64,000 nucleotides of DNA, taken from positions 72,520 through 136,519 of the forward strand of contig JAYUKW010000012.1 of assembly GCA_043764155.1 (NCBI GenBank). The letters run 5' to 3'. Of the stretch, positions 31,061 to 42,516 are shown in pieces (positions within the stretch are counted from its first letter, which is position 1; the number at the start of each line of letters is the position of its first letter). Source of the DNA: Bdellovibrionales bacterium. Its GTDB lineage: Bacteria > Bdellovibrionota > Bdellovibrionia > Bdellovibrionales > UBA1609. The translations under genes were made by a program, and so were the position numbers. The notes under the pieces are model-generated. The model searched no databases. It was not told where the DNA came from and saw nothing but the letters and a program-made list of their open reading frames with translations.

Positions 31061-31196
31061 CTGTCACTGTTAATCTTTTTCTACCCTTAGCTCTACGACG
31101 AGATAAAACGTCACGTCCACTTTTTGTTTCCATACGAGTTCTAAACCCATGAGTAGATTTTCTTTTTTTACGACTTGGCTGATATGTTCTTTTCAC
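31047..31196 (-). CDS. rpmH: 50S ribosomal protein L34
   Basis: Not in the ORF track because it is under 60 aa. The GTG at 31196 is preceded by AGGAG (6-nt spacer). The translation is [49 protein letters not shown] (49 aa), which matches the L34 signature. Confidence 0.9.
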   Translation of the reverse strand: MKRTYQPSRKKRKSTHGFRTRMETKSGRDVLSRRRAKGRKRLTVTVGGK

Positions 31197-31395
31197 CGCT
31201 CACTCCTGATAATATGGATTGATTAAATCCTATACATTTATATAAAGAATAATGTGGTATAACTCATTTGAATCAGATGTCAAAACAAGGTTTTAGTTAC
31301 AGTTCGCTCAAGCCATTTAAGACAATAGGTTAGTTACCACAATTCATTAAAGACGCAATAAATCACATCCTAGAAGTAAGGGTCAAGTGTTTGAC

Positions 31396-31404
31396 TTATC
31401 CACA
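31396..31404 (+). promoter_or_regulatory. Perfect DnaA box (TTATCCACA) in the dnaA leader
   Basis: Exact 9-mer consensus, 41 nt upstream of the preferred dnaA start. It lies inside the N-terminal extension proposed by the ORF track. Confidence 0.65.
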
Positions 31405-31444
31405 GGGCGTGCTAACAAACATAGCTCAAATTAAAGGGGGATTC

Positions 31445-32890
31445 TTGCAACTTGATTATCAGGATTTCTGGGAACAGGTAAAGAAAAACCTTCAAAACAA
31501 AAGTGTTGATAATAGACCTTTAAATTTATGGTTAGTACCTACAGAATTACTCAGTATAAAAGAAAATCATGGTGATTTGGAGTTCGAGTTAGGTGTACCT
31601 ACTGATCTTCATGAGTACTGGATTTCTCAAAATTTTATGCCTCAAATACGTCAAGAAATTGCTCAGTTTTATAAGAATAAATTTGATGTAAAAATCACTG
31701 TAGATTCTAAAATTACACAGAAAAACGATGAAAACCTTGAACTTAGTCATTCCTTAGCTTCAACATTAAGACAACATCAGGCAGTAACTTATAACAACCC
31801 CGCACAAAGAGCTTCCGTAGGTATTCGAAATCATGGAGATATTCCAAGACAAGGTGGGGCTGAAAATTTGGATCCTTCTTATACTTTTTCAAGCTTTGTT
31901 GTTGGTAGAAATAACGAGTTCGCCCATGCGGCTTGTTACAGTGTCGCTGAAGATCCAGCATCTAGACGCTATAATCCACTCTTTATATGTGGACCATCTG
32001 GTATGGGCAAAACACATTTAATTAATGCTGTTGGAACCCATATTTTAACTAAAGATCCAAGTATTAAAATTTGCTATGTTTCTGCAGAACGTTTTCTAAA
32101 TGAATGTATTTCAAGTATCAGGCGTAATGAAATGCATAAGTTCAGACAAAAATACCGCGATCATGCAGATATGCTTTTGGTAGATGATATTCAAATTTTA
32201 GGACGTGGTGAAGCTGTACAGGAAGAGTTTTTCCATACTTTAAATGAATATCTAGAGTCCAAAAGACAAGTTGTTGTCGCCAGTGATATAATGCCTAAAG
32301 ATATTAAAGGCTTAGAAGATCGTATTCGTACTCGTTTAGAGTGGGGACTTATCGCAGACATTCAAATGCCTGATATTGAAACTCGAGTTGCTATCTTAAG
32401 ATATAAAGCTGAAGAGCAAAAAATTAAACTCTCTAATGAAGTGATTAATTATCTAGCAAAAATTTCTAAGCGCTCTATTCGCCAATTAGAAGGAAGTTTA
32501 AATAAGGTTAGAATTTTTTCTGATTTAAATGGAGTTACTGTAGATTTAGAGTTGTGTAAAAAAGTTTTGGGTTCACATGTTGAACAGCAAGTCTTAACCA
32601 TTGAAGACTTACAAAAAATTGTTTCTGAACATTATAAAATTAGAGTTCAAGATTTAAAAGCCAAATCAAGAACACGACCTATAGTGAATGCAAGACAAGT
32701 TGCTATGTTTTTGATCAAAAAACATTTGGACAAATCATTGGTTGAAATTGGGCGTGCTTTTGGAGGCAAAGATCACACAACTGTGATCAATGCGATTAAA
32801 CGCATTGAGAGTCAACGCTCCAAAAACCCTGATTTAACCAGTGATATTGAAGACATAGAAACCACTATCCACAATATCACAGGGCTGTGA
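31445..32890 (+). CDS. dnaA: Chromosomal replication initiator protein DnaA
   Basis: AAA+ Walker A (GPSGMGKTHL), box VII and a C-terminal DnaA-box-binding HTH (GGKDHTTVINAIKRIE). The preferred start is TTG 31445, preceded by AAAGGGGGA. The track start (TTG 31391) has no RBS and overlaps a DnaA box. Confidence 0.93.
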   Translation: MQLDYQDFWEQVKKNLQNKSVDNRPLNLWLVPTELLSIKENHGDLEFELGVPTDLHEYWISQNFMPQIRQEIAQFYKNKFDVKITVDSKITQKNDENLELSHSLASTLRQHQAVTYNNPAQRASVGIRNHGDIPRQGGAENLDPSYTFSSFVVGRNNEFAHAACYSVAEDPASRRYNPLFICGPSGMGKTHLINAVGTHILTKDPSIKICYVSAERFLNECISSIRRNEMHKFRQKYRDHADMLLVDDIQILGRGEAVQEEFFHTLNEYLESKRQVVVASDIMPKDIKGLEDRIRTRLEWGLIADIQMPDIETRVAILRYKAEEQKIKLSNEVINYLAKISKRSIRQLEGSLNKVRIFSDLNGVTVDLELCKKVLGSHVEQQVLTIEDLQKIVSEHYKIRVQDLKAKSRTRPIVNARQVAMFLIKKHLDKSLVEIGRAFGGKDHTTVINAIKRIESQRSKNPDLTSDIEDIETTIHNITGL

Positions 32891-33110
32891 ATGTTTATTG
32901 TGGATAGCGTTGTTGATATCCAAGGTATTCAATTGTGAATAGTATTCAGTGGTGGATAACTGGCAAGTTTGGATGAAACTATACAGCAAGATATCCACAG
33001 GTTTTTATTAGTAAAATTAAAGAGTTAGGCTCATTGTATTCAGATCAACAGGCCCTACTACTACTACTACTATTTTTATATATAGATATAGGTAAATAAA
33101 AAGGAAAAAA
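32865..33110. other. oriC: Chromosomal replication origin oriC (dnaA-dnaN intergenic type)
   Basis: DnaA-box-like 9-mers sit at 32865-32873 (CTATCCACA), 32899-32907 (TGTGGATAG), 32934-32942 (TGTGAATAG), 32951-32959 (GGTGGATAA) and 32991-32999 (ATATCCACA). They are followed by GGCCC (33051-33055), (CTA)6 (33055-33072) and 38 nt with 5 G and no C (33073-33110). Most genes on each side of the rpmH/dnaA boundary (31.2-31.4 kb), just upstream of this element, point away from it. Confidence 0.75.
33055..33072. repeat. Six perfect tandem CTA trinucleotides (a candidate DnaA-trio array)
   Basis: CTACTACTACTACTACTA is read directly. The complementary strand reads 3'-GAT-5' six times, which is the published DnaA-trio consensus. 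It is flanked by a GC cluster and an AT-rich tract. Confidence 0.85.
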
Positions 33111-34232
33111 ATGAAGATCCAGATTGATAAAAAAGACTTTTTAAATTTAATTACAAAAGCTCAAAATGTTGTTGAGAAAAGAAACACTATGCAAGTTTTA
33201 GTAAATGTTCTTTTGGAAACAAAATTAGATATGTTAAAGATTTATGCAACTGATTTAGAAGTAAGTCTTACAGATGAAATTTCATGTTCGGTCAAAGATG
33301 AAGGTAAAGCCGTCATTAATGCAAAAAGCTTATTTGATATTTTAAAAGAACTTCCTGATGGACTTGTTAATTTTGAAAAGAAAAAAAATCATTGGATTGA
33401 GATATCTCAAGGTAAAAGTATTTTTAATATAGTTGGACTTAACCCAGAAGAATATCCAGTATTTCCTACCTTAACCACAGATAAATTCACAAAAATAAAT
33501 TCACAAACACTTTCTGAAATGATTGAAAAAACAGTTTATAGCGTTTCAAGTGATGAAACGAGATACCACTTAAACGGTGTGTTTTTTGAAAAACAAACTC
33601 GTGACGATAAATCTTATTTTAGAATGGTAGCAACAGATGGCCATAGACTTAGTGTTGTGGATAGACAAGTGGATACTGTGTCTTCAGGTTTTGATTTACC
33701 TTCAGGAATAATTATTCCTAAAAAGGGATTGAATGAATTAAAAAAACTATTGGATTTTACTCAAGGTAATTTAGAAATGGCTGTCGAAGGGGCTCAACTT
33801 ATTGTTAGAACTGACAAGACTTATCTTTACATAAGACTTATTGAAGGAAGATATCCCAACTATCAACAACTTATTCCACAAAAATTAGCTTTATCTTTAG
33901 AAGTCCCTAGAGAAAATTTATTAGCTTCATTAAAAAGAGTTTCTCTATTATCAAATCAAAAATCCAAAGGTGTTACCTTTTCGTTAACAGATGGAAAAAT
34001 GGAAATCACTTCGAATAATCCAGAAATGGGTGATGCTAAAGAAGAAATAGACATAAAATACAAAGGTGAAAATTTAAAAATTGGTTTTAATGCAAGATAC
34101 GTTTTAGATATTCTTTCCAGTTTTACAGATGAAAACCTTTCTATTTCATTTAATGATCAGTTATCACCTGGTTTATTAAAACCTATGTCTGATAGTGATT
34201 ACAGATGTATTGTTATGCCAATGAGAATTTAA
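33111..34232 (+). CDS. dnaN: DNA polymerase III subunit beta (sliding clamp)
   Basis: 373 aa with three-domain clamp architecture and a typical C-terminus ending MPMRI. It lies in the conserved dnaA-dnaN-recF-gyrB context. Confidence 0.95.
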   Translation: MKIQIDKKDFLNLITKAQNVVEKRNTMQVLVNVLLETKLDMLKIYATDLEVSLTDEISCSVKDEGKAVINAKSLFDILKELPDGLVNFEKKKNHWIEISQGKSIFNIVGLNPEEYPVFPTLTTDKFTKINSQTLSEMIEKTVYSVSSDETRYHLNGVFFEKQTRDDKSYFRMVATDGHRLSVVDRQVDTVSSGFDLPSGIIIPKKGLNELKKLLDFTQGNLEMAVEGAQLIVRTDKTYLYIRLIEGRYPNYQQLIPQKLALSLEVPRENLLASLKRVSLLSNQKSKGVTFSLTDGKMEITSNNPEMGDAKEEIDIKYKGENLKIGFNARYVLDILSSFTDENLSISFNDQLSPGLLKPMSDSDYRCIVMPMRI

Positions 34233-34240
34233 AAAATAGA

Positions 34241-35383
34241 ATGTCATTTGAAATTGTAGAATTACAAAATTTTAGAAATTTTAAAAATGAAGTTATTAAG
34301 CTCGAAGATGGTGTAAATGTCTTTTTTGGCGACAATGCTCAAGGAAAAACTAATTTTCTTGAAAGTTTATATATTCTATCAAGGGGAAAGTCCTTTAGAA
34401 CTTTAGACATTAGCCATTGTCTAAAAGATGAATTTGAAAATGAAATACAAAAAACAGTTTTAAAATCTGATTTTAAAGATATTTATTCAGTAAATAATAA
34501 ATTTAGAATTGAGATTGAAAAAAATAAAAAAACTGTTTGGCTCAATCAGAAAAGAACACTTTCCACAAAGCTTTCCACATTATGTCCAGTAGTTTTGTTT
34601 AGTCCGGAGAGTTTATCAGCCATTAAAAATGGTCCATCAGAAAGAAGAGATCTTATTGATGACCTCATTGAAAGTTTGCCTGAATTTTCTAAATCAGTGA
34701 CTCAATTTAGAAAAATCTTAAGAGCTAGAAATAAAATTCTAAGTGATTTAAAGAAAGGCATTAAGAAAGAAGAGAGCGTTAAACTTACTTTAGAAGCGAT
34801 AGATGAAATATTTTTAAAACACTCTTTGGATCTTATCGAGCTCCGCATGTTTTTCTTAAATATGCTTGAGCCTTATATCATTCAGTCGATTAAATTTTTA
34901 TTTGGCGAAGATATGGTTTTTAAGTTTAGTTATGAGGCATTAAAAGTTGAAAACCTGGATTTTTATCCTAAAAAATGGGCAGAAATTTTAAAATCAGACT
35001 TAATCCGGTTGTATTCAGCCGAGATCGCCGTTGGACATAGCTTAATAGGTCCTCACAAGCACGAGGTTCAATTTATTTTGAATGGGAAGGACTCGCGTTA
35101 TTATTGTTCACAAGGCCAACAGCGTGGTTTAATAATCGCTTTCAAGGTAGCTGAAGTTTTATATCGTCTTCAAACGAGAAATGAGCGTCCAGTGCTTTTG
35201 CTTGATGATGTGATGTCGGAGTTAGATGAAGGAAAAAGGATCAAGCTTGTGGATTTTTTGAAAAGTATAAATTCACAAATTATTATTACAACAACAGATC
35301 GTTCAAACAATATTGAAAAGACTATGGGTAAACATAGTCAGTTTAAAATTGATCAAGGAAAAATTCTTAATTTAGACGTCTAG
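34241..35383 (+). CDS. recF: DNA replication and repair protein RecF
   Basis: Walker A (FGDNAQGKTNFLES), an SMC-like signature (SQGQQR) and Walker B (LLLDDVMSELD). The ATG at 34241 gives the usual N-terminus. The track start at 34205 overlaps dnaN. Confidence 0.9.
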   Translation: MSFEIVELQNFRNFKNEVIKLEDGVNVFFGDNAQGKTNFLESLYILSRGKSFRTLDISHCLKDEFENEIQKTVLKSDFKDIYSVNNKFRIEIEKNKKTVWLNQKRTLSTKLSTLCPVVLFSPESLSAIKNGPSERRDLIDDLIESLPEFSKSVTQFRKILRARNKILSDLKKGIKKEESVKLTLEAIDEIFLKHSLDLIELRMFFLNMLEPYIIQSIKFLFGEDMVFKFSYEALKVENLDFYPKKWAEILKSDLIRLYSAEIAVGHSLIGPHKHEVQFILNGKDSRYYCSQGQQRGLIIAFKVAEVLYRLQTRNERPVLLLDDVMSELDEGKRIKLVDFLKSINSQIIITTTDRSNNIEKTMGKHSQFKIDQGKILNLDV

Positions 35384-35421
35384 AAGAAAGTTAGAAATTT
35401 ATAATAAATATTTAGGCTTAA

Positions 35422-37884
<2,463 letters not shown>

Positions 37885-40350
37885 ATGGAAAATGTAAACC
37901 CAATAGCAAATATAATTAATGTAGATATTAATAAAGAAATGAAAGAGGCTTACCTTCAATACTCTATGAGTGTGATTGTGGGTCGTGCCCTACCTGATGT
38001 GCGTGATGGTTTAAAACCAGTTCACAAACGTATTTTATTTGCTATGAATGATTTAAAAAACACTCATGACAAGCCTTACAAAAAATCGGCCCGTGTTGTT
38101 GGGGACGTGATTGGTAAGTACCATCCTCATGGCGACACTGCGGTTTACGATACTATGGTTCGTATGGCTCAGGAATTTTCAATGCGAGAGTGTTTAATTG
38201 ATGGCCAAGGAAACTTTGGTTCAATCGACGGAGATAGCCCAGCAGCCCAACGTTACACTGAAGTCAGAATGACAAGACTGGCAGAAGAGCTACTTCAAGA
38301 CATTAATAAAGAGACTGTGGATTTTATTCCAAACTATGATGATTCTTTAATGATTCCAACAGTGTTACCTGCCAAATATCCCAATCTTTTAGTAAATGGA
38401 AGTTCTGGGATTGCAGTTGGTATGGCGACGAATATTCCTCCTCACAATTTGGGCGAAGTGATCGATGGTTGCATTATGCTTATTGAAAATCCTAATTGCA
38501 GCATTGATGAATTGATTCAATGTATTCCAGGCCCTGATTTTCCAACATATGGTATTATTTCTGGAAGAAAAGGAATCATACAAGCTTACAGAACTGGCCG
38601 AGGTGTCATTACTTTAAAAGCCGTAGCTGAAGTGGAACTTAAAAAAGAGCAACAGAATATTATTATCTCAGAAATTCCTTATCAGGTGAATAAGGCTCGT
38701 TTGATTGAATCTATTGCTAATCTAGTTAGAGATAAAAAACTAGAAGGCATTTCAGATATCAGAGATGAATCTAGTCGTGAAGGTATGCGAGTCGTCATTA
38801 AGATTAAGCGTGGTGAAAATGGCCAGGTAATCTTAAATCAACTCTATAAGTTCACTCAAATGCAAGTTAGCTTTGGTATCATCACTTTAGCTTTAGATTC
38901 TAGAAATCAACCTCAAGTCTTTAATTTAAAACAGGTCTTAGAGGCCTTCATTGAGCATCGAAGAGATGTGGTTACACGTAGATCTATTTTTGATTTAAAG
39001 AAAGCTGAAGCCCGAGCCCATATTTTAGAGGGTTTGAAAAAAGCCTTAGATCAAATTGAAGAAGTCATTAAAACTATTCGTGCTTCAAAAGAAGCCGCTT
39101 TAGCTAAAATAAATTTAATGAGCCAATTTTCATTTTCTGAAAAACAGGCCCAAGCTATTTTAGAAATGCGACTTCAAAGATTAACCGGTTTAGAAAGAAA
39201 TAAAATTGAAGATGAATTTAACGAAATTTTAAAAACAATTGATTGGCTTAAAAAAGTTTTAGCTGATGTGAATGAAGTTTATAAAATTATTTCAGATGAA
39301 CTCAAAGAAATTAAAGAAAAATACTCAAATCCACGTCGTACGGTCATTGAAGATGGTGGCGAGGAGATGGAAGACGAAGACTTAATTGCTCAAGAAGATG
39401 TGATTATCTCTTTAACAAACACTGGATATATTAAACGTATTGATTTGGACGAGTACAGAGTTCAAAGACGTGGTGGTAAAGGACTTAAAGGGAGTGGTGT
39501 TAAAGAAGAAGACTATGTGTCCGAAGTCTTTAGTGTGAACACCCATACGACTTTATTAGTTTATTCTGACAAAGGTAAAATGTACTGGCTGAAGGCCTAC
39601 AAGATTCCTAAAGCCAGTCGTACAGCCAAGGGTAAATCAATTAATAATATCGTCCAATTATCTCAAGGTGAAAAAGTAAATGCGATTTTACCAGTAGATA
39701 ATTTCGATCCTAATTGTTTTGTGATTTCTGTAACTAAAAAAGGTATTATTAAAAAAACATCTTTGGATGAATTTTCAAGACCACGTCCTTCAGGATTAAT
39801 TGCTGTTAAGATTGATTTAGATGACAACCTAGTTAGTACTCGAATGACGAATGGTAAAAATGAAGTTGTAATTGTGACAAGAGAAGGAATGTCGATTCGT
39901 TTTGACGAAAGTAACGCAAGGCCTATGGGCCGCTCAGCAAGGGGAGTTAAAGGGATTGCCCTAGGTCGTGAAGACGAGGTCGTCGGAGCCGAAGTGATTG
40001 AGCCTAACGATACCGCTACAATTCTAATTATTACTAAAAATGGATATGGTAAACGAACACAAATTGATGAGTATAGAAAACAATCTCGTGGAGGGGTTGG
40101 AATTATAACTCAAAAAATTACAGATAAAGTGGGCGAAGTTGTCAGTGTTAAAAAAGTACAAGAAACTGATAATATTTTAGTGACTACAAACGAAGGCCAA
40201 ACAATTCGTACAAAAATTAAAGATATTTCCATCTTTGGAAGAAACACCCAGGGCGTTAGAATCATCAATTTAAATGCGGGAGAACATGTAACTGGAGTCG
40301 CATTAATTCAAGACGATCAAGAAGAGGTCGTAGTAGAAAACGAAAACTAA
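37885..40350 (+). CDS. gyrA: DNA gyrase subunit A
   Basis: 821 aa with the active-site region (AAQRYTEVRM), a QRDR (HPHGDTAVYDTMVRMAQ) and a C-terminal beta-pinwheel. The ATG follows the gyrB TAG directly. Confidence 0.97.
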   Translation: MENVNPIANIINVDINKEMKEAYLQYSMSVIVGRALPDVRDGLKPVHKRILFAMNDLKNTHDKPYKKSARVVGDVIGKYHPHGDTAVYDTMVRMAQEFSMRECLIDGQGNFGSIDGDSPAAQRYTEVRMTRLAEELLQDINKETVDFIPNYDDSLMIPTVLPAKYPNLLVNGSSGIAVGMATNIPPHNLGEVIDGCIMLIENPNCSIDELIQCIPGPDFPTYGIISGRKGIIQAYRTGRGVITLKAVAEVELKKEQQNIIISEIPYQVNKARLIESIANLVRDKKLEGISDIRDESSREGMRVVIKIKRGENGQVILNQLYKFTQMQVSFGIITLALDSRNQPQVFNLKQVLEAFIEHRRDVVTRRSIFDLKKAEARAHILEGLKKALDQIEEVIKTIRASKEAALAKINLMSQFSFSEKQAQAILEMRLQRLTGLERNKIEDEFNEILKTIDWLKKVLADVNEVYKIISDELKEIKEKYSNPRRTVIEDGGEEMEDEDLIAQEDVIISLTNTGYIKRIDLDEYRVQRRGGKGLKGSGVKEEDYVSEVFSVNTHTTLLVYSDKGKMYWLKAYKIPKASRTAKGKSINNIVQLSQGEKVNAILPVDNFDPNCFVISVTKKGIIKKTSLDEFSRPRPSGLIAVKIDLDDNLVSTRMTNGKNEVVIVTREGMSIRFDESNARPMGRSARGVKGIALGREDEVVGAEVIEPNDTATILIITKNGYGKRTQIDEYRKQSRGGVGIITQKITDKVGEVVSVKKVQETDNILVTTNEGQTIRTKIKDISIFGRNTQGVRIINLNAGEHVTGVALIQDDQEEVVVENEN

Positions 40351-40351
40351 G

Positions 40352-41188
40352 ATGTTATTTAAATGGATTGGACTTTTTATATTTTTAGTAAGTTTAAGCG
40401 CATGTTCATCTTTTGAATCTCATCTAGAAAAAGCCACAAAACTTTCTTCTGAGAACAAAGATAAACAAGCCTTAAAGTTAGCTTTAAAAGCAATGTCTAT
40501 GGCAAAAAATATAAGCCAAAAGTCTAAGGCTTTAAGGTTAGTTGCTGATATTTGCGAAAAAAAACTAAATGACTACAATTGTGCTTTAAATTCTTACAAT
40601 GAACTTTTACCCTTGGCTGTTTCAAAAATTGAGTTAGAAAGTTTTCATTACAAAATAGGTGAAATTTATTTTGTTCATCTACAAGACTACGAAGATGCGC
40701 TGACCCATTTTTCTGAAGTTGTTGAAAATTGTGTTGATCCAAAACTATGCATAGATGCAAGAATTAAAATTGCAAGATCATATTATTATAAAAAAGAGTT
40801 TCTACAGAGTATAAATGAAATAGATATTTTAAATTCGGAACATAAAGAAAAAACAAAAGTCTTAAACAAAATTAAATTTGTGGAGTCTTCAATACTTCAT
40901 TCTCAAGCCTTAATGGGTTTAGCAAAATATGAGGATGCGGTAAAACCTTTAGAATCAGCTATGGAAAAGTTTCCAGAAGAATCAAATAAACAACAAGTCC
41001 CAATTTTATTATCAGTCGCCTTCAGAGAGAATAGTGAATATCAAAAATCTTTAGAAGTTTTAGAGAAATATAAAATTGAAAACAAAGATCCAGTGGCCTC
41101 TGTATTTATCGAAAGTCAGATTGAAAAAATGCAGAATAGACTTGAGCTTCAGCCTGGGGGACCTACTGGAACCACAAGACGCCGATAA
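40352..41188 (+). CDS. TPR-repeat lipoprotein (hypothetical)
   Basis: 278 aa with a lipobox (LVSLSAC) and several TPR-like helical repeats. The ATG is 1 nt after the gyrA stop. Confidence 0.55.
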   Translation: MLFKWIGLFIFLVSLSACSSFESHLEKATKLSSENKDKQALKLALKAMSMAKNISQKSKALRLVADICEKKLNDYNCALNSYNELLPLAVSKIELESFHYKIGEIYFVHLQDYEDALTHFSEVVENCVDPKLCIDARIKIARSYYYKKEFLQSINEIDILNSEHKEKTKVLNKIKFVESSILHSQALMGLAKYEDAVKPLESAMEKFPEESNKQQVPILLSVAFRENSEYQKSLEVLEKYKIENKDPVASVFIESQIEKMQNRLELQPGGPTGTTRRR

Positions 41189-41429
41189 TGAAAATAAAAA
41201 AAGCTCACTTAAGACCTATGCTCGTCTCACAGGCTTAGGGTTTGAATTGATAGTTTTAGTAATTTTAGGATTATTTGCAAATAGATGGCTTGAAACCAAA
41301 GTAAATTTAAAAAGCTTGGGGCCAATGATATTCCTTTTCTTGGCGTTAGGTATTTGGATTTATCGAATAGTTATAACCTTAAGTAAAATTGATAGAGATG
41401 AAAAAAATGCTCAAGAAACAATCAAATAG
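41142..41429 (+). CDS. AtpZ/AtpI-family small membrane protein (start uncertain)
   Basis: A two-TM hairpin (LTGLGFELIVLVILGLFANRWLE...GPMIFLFLALGIWIYRIV) resembles AtpZ-type proteins encoded upstream of atp operons. There is no in-frame ATG after the TPR gene stop. Candidate starts are ATG 41076, TTG 41142, or ATG 41188 with a -1 shift (see findings). Confidence 0.45.
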   Translation: MSFSLGDLLEPQDADNENKKSSLKTYARLTGLGFELIVLVILGLFANRWLETKVNLKSLGPMIFLFLALGIWIYRIVITLSKIDRDEKNAQETIK

Positions 41430-41754
41430 TTCAATTTATACGCTTAGTCTAATACTACTCATTGGACTTCATTTTATTGCCATAAATTTTATCTCTTCAA
41501 ACTTAAGTTATATTTTTGGTTCTTTCACTATGGTTTATCTTTCAATTTCAATAATGCTGTCGGTGATGTTTTCATTAAATAAAAACAACCCTGTGATTGG
41601 CACAATGGTGCTCGCGACTAAAGCTCCGATTACAATTTTAATTATTTATATATTATATCAGTCGGGACATTTCGAGACGTTTTCTTTTATTTTAGGTATA
41701 TTAATTGTATTGCCTAGTCTGGTTATTCTGAGTTATAGAAAAAGCATAAATTAG
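41389..41754 (+). CDS. atpI: ATP synthase protein I-like membrane protein
   Basis: About 120 aa with four predicted hydrophobic helices, lying immediately upstream of atpB. The assignment is by position and topology only. Confidence 0.45.
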   Translation: MIEMKKMLKKQSNSSIYTLSLILLIGLHFIAINFISSNLSYIFGSFTMVYLSISIMLSVMFSLNKNNPVIGTMVLATKAPITILIIYILYQSGHFETFSFILGILIVLPSLVILSYRKSIN

Positions 41755-41782
41755 AGATAGTTAAAAAATAAGGTGTTATTAA

Positions 41783-42472
41783 ATGTCATCATTTAATTGG
41801 GTACAACAAATTGAGGGTGTCACAAATACGAATGTGCACATTGCAACATCTTTCATCTCTGTAGGCCTTATGGTTGTTCTGGCTTCTTTAGGAAGACTCG
41901 CTTTAGGTAAGGGTAAAGAATCAATAGTTCCTGCTCATGGTTTTTCGTTTAAAGGTATTTTTGAACAGCTGACTGAATTTAATGCGAATTTAGCTGAAAC
42001 GGTTATTGGTCATGATGGCCGTCCTTTTGTTCCTATGTTTACAACAATTTTCTTTTTTATTTTTATAAATAATATTTTTGGTCTTTTTCCAGGTATGGCT
42101 CCCGCAACTGATAATATTAATACGGGTATGGCTGTTGGACTTTTTATTTTCATTGTTTACAACGGGTTTGGTTTTTATGTTCATGGACTTGGTTATTTAA
42201 AGCAATTTATGGGACCCATTTGGTGGCTAGCACCCATGATTTTTGCTGTTGAATTACTATCTCATTTGGTTAGACCCTTAACTTTAGGTTTAAGATTAAA
42301 AGCAAATATGGTAGCTGACCATACATTGTTAGGAGTGTTTACTGAGCTAGTACCATATATTGTTCCCATTCCATTTTATTTTATGGGTTTATTTGTATCT
42401 GCTATGCAGGCATTTGTATTTACGGTTTTGTCCATGATTTACGTGGCCATGGCTATGTCACATGATCATTAA
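41783..42472 (+). CDS. atpB: F0 ATP synthase subunit a
   Basis: 229 aa, polytopic, with the conserved stator arginine region ([15 protein letters not shown]). The RBS is AAGGTG. Confidence 0.9.
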   Translation: MSSFNWVQQIEGVTNTNVHIATSFISVGLMVVLASLGRLALGKGKESIVPAHGFSFKGIFEQLTEFNANLAETVIGHDGRPFVPMFTTIFFFIFINNIFGLFPGMAPATDNINTGMAVGLFIFIVYNGFGFYVHGLGYLKQFMGPIWWLAPMIFAVELLSHLVRPLTLGLRLKANMVADHTLLGVFTELVPYIVPIPFYFMGLFVSAMQAFVFTVLSMIYVAMAMSHDH

Positions 42473-42516
42473 ATTATTATTTTAGACGTTATTTATTTAA
42501 TCAAAGGAGATTTATA

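Noticed and set aside
41389-41429. Overlap of the AtpZ-like and AtpI-like ORFs as a possible fused or frameshifted single gene.
   Set aside because: Both frames encode independent hydrophobic hairpins with their own plausible starts (three ATGs at 41389-41409). Short overlaps are common in this operon, and there is no slippery site here.
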